A DNA stretch of 62,365 nt, filler included, from Aduncisulcus paluster (lineage: Eukaryota), in the NCBI GenBank assembly GCA_024181965.1. It is 8 parts of 8 records of this genome, joined end to end, with 100 filler letters (N's around TTAATTAATTAA, not from the genome) between each part and the next. Parts side by side here need not be neighbours in the genome. Positions count along the whole stretch, not along the records: positions 46,138 to 62,365 come from BQXS01011475.1; 7 more parts are not named here. One strand, given 5' to 3'. The notes under the pieces are model-generated. The model searched no databases, was not told the origin of the DNA, and worked only from the letters and a program-made list of their open reading frames with translations. Of this stretch, positions 61,509-62,365 are shown piece after piece. A program made the translations under genes and the position numbers. Each line of letters opens with the position of its first letter. Position 1 is the stretch's first letter.

Positions 61509-62365
61509 CATCACAACACCAGCCATCCTCAACCTCTTCCTGCTACAAGCATAGCAGCAACAACAGATGAGCATGAGAGAAAATGTGATTCCGGCGATTA
61601 TCCCGACGATAATGACACTCTCAAGCGTGGCAATGGCAGAGTCAATGTTGTCGTTGTCACCATCGAAGTCACTTCTGAACACAAGCTTGCATTGGGGAAC
61701 AGAAGGAGCTTCGAGGACATGTTTGAGACGGCAACATCGGAATAAACATCACTGTAACCCGTGATCGAAAAGTAATACCATCCACTGTCGAGGTCAGCAA
61801 TGTCGGTCAGAGAGACGAGATCACTGTACATAATGGTGGCTGGAGTGCTGTAATATGTCAGATGACCATATTCATCCTCGAAGAGGGTTGTGATATCCCC
61901 TCCTTTCCCAGTGTTGACAAAGTTTTCAGAAAAGATGGACAAATATATGGACATATCGTAGGAATGGAGATATCCATTAGTACTCAAGAAAAGCTCAAAT
62001 GAAAGGTATTGATCAAGTTTCTCAGGCATTCCAGTCATTTCCAGTTCAGAACCCACGGATACATCAAAGCGGAAAGAATCTTCTTCAGAGATCTCACTTT
62101 CGGTCATGTGAGAAGCATCATTATAATAGCAAAAATAGAAAGTGACAGTAAGGGAGCCATCTTCGATTATAAGGGGCAGAAATTCCTCATAACTAATAGT
62201 CGGTGTGCTTGGAGTTCCATTAAAGTAGATGGTCTTCCACTCCATCTCGCTAGCAGACCGCCATGAACATTCGCCAACATCGTTCGAAATACAATAAGTA
62301 TAATATCCTGAATTCGCTGTTTGGACAGAAAACAGCAAACTAGTCGTGCTATAAGTAATGACCGA
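61506..62365 (-). CDS. Type I membrane protein, 5' truncated, with a frameshift near 61720
   Basis: Open from the window end. An alternate frame gives ...SAIATLESVIIVGIIAGITFSLMLICCCCYACSRKRLRMAGVVM* (TM + Cys/basic tail), stop at 61508-61506. Confidence 0.7.

Overview
This is eukaryotic (protist) draft-genome sequence, not one contiguous locus. Eight contigs or scaffolds are joined by seven artificial 100-bp linkers (N44-TTAATTAATTAA-N44), and there are four internal 20-N gaps, each flanked by duplicated sequence. Gene content, rare short GT-AG introns, the standard genetic code and the lineage-specific families suggest a free-living fornicate/Carpediemonas-like metamonad such as Aduncisulcus (inference from recalled family patterns, not a search). 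Housekeeping genes: SF3A3/Prp9, NSF/Sec18, an RPA32-like protein, a DZIP1-like protein, an ABCA transporter, ESF1, a Slo/BK-type K+ channel, a UBC4/5-type E2, a WD40 protein, a RING-TM protein, a kinase, tRNA-Gln(CTG) and tRNA-His(GTG). The most interesting signals are three apparent recognition or defence components. (1) A family of giant secreted internalin-type LRR + EGF proteins built from near-identical cassettes, with differences concentrated at exposed LRR positions and in a length-variable loop. (2) A kinase-coiled-coil-helical-repeat gene present as two versions (probably two alleles) that are essentially identical in the kinase C-lobe but diverge in sequence and copy number of a 337-aa repeat. 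(3) A bacterial-type SMI1/KNR4 (SUKH) toxin-immunity gene, a lateral-transfer candidate. Adjacency across linkers carries no biological meaning. Several frameshifts in the last scaffold may be consensus errors.
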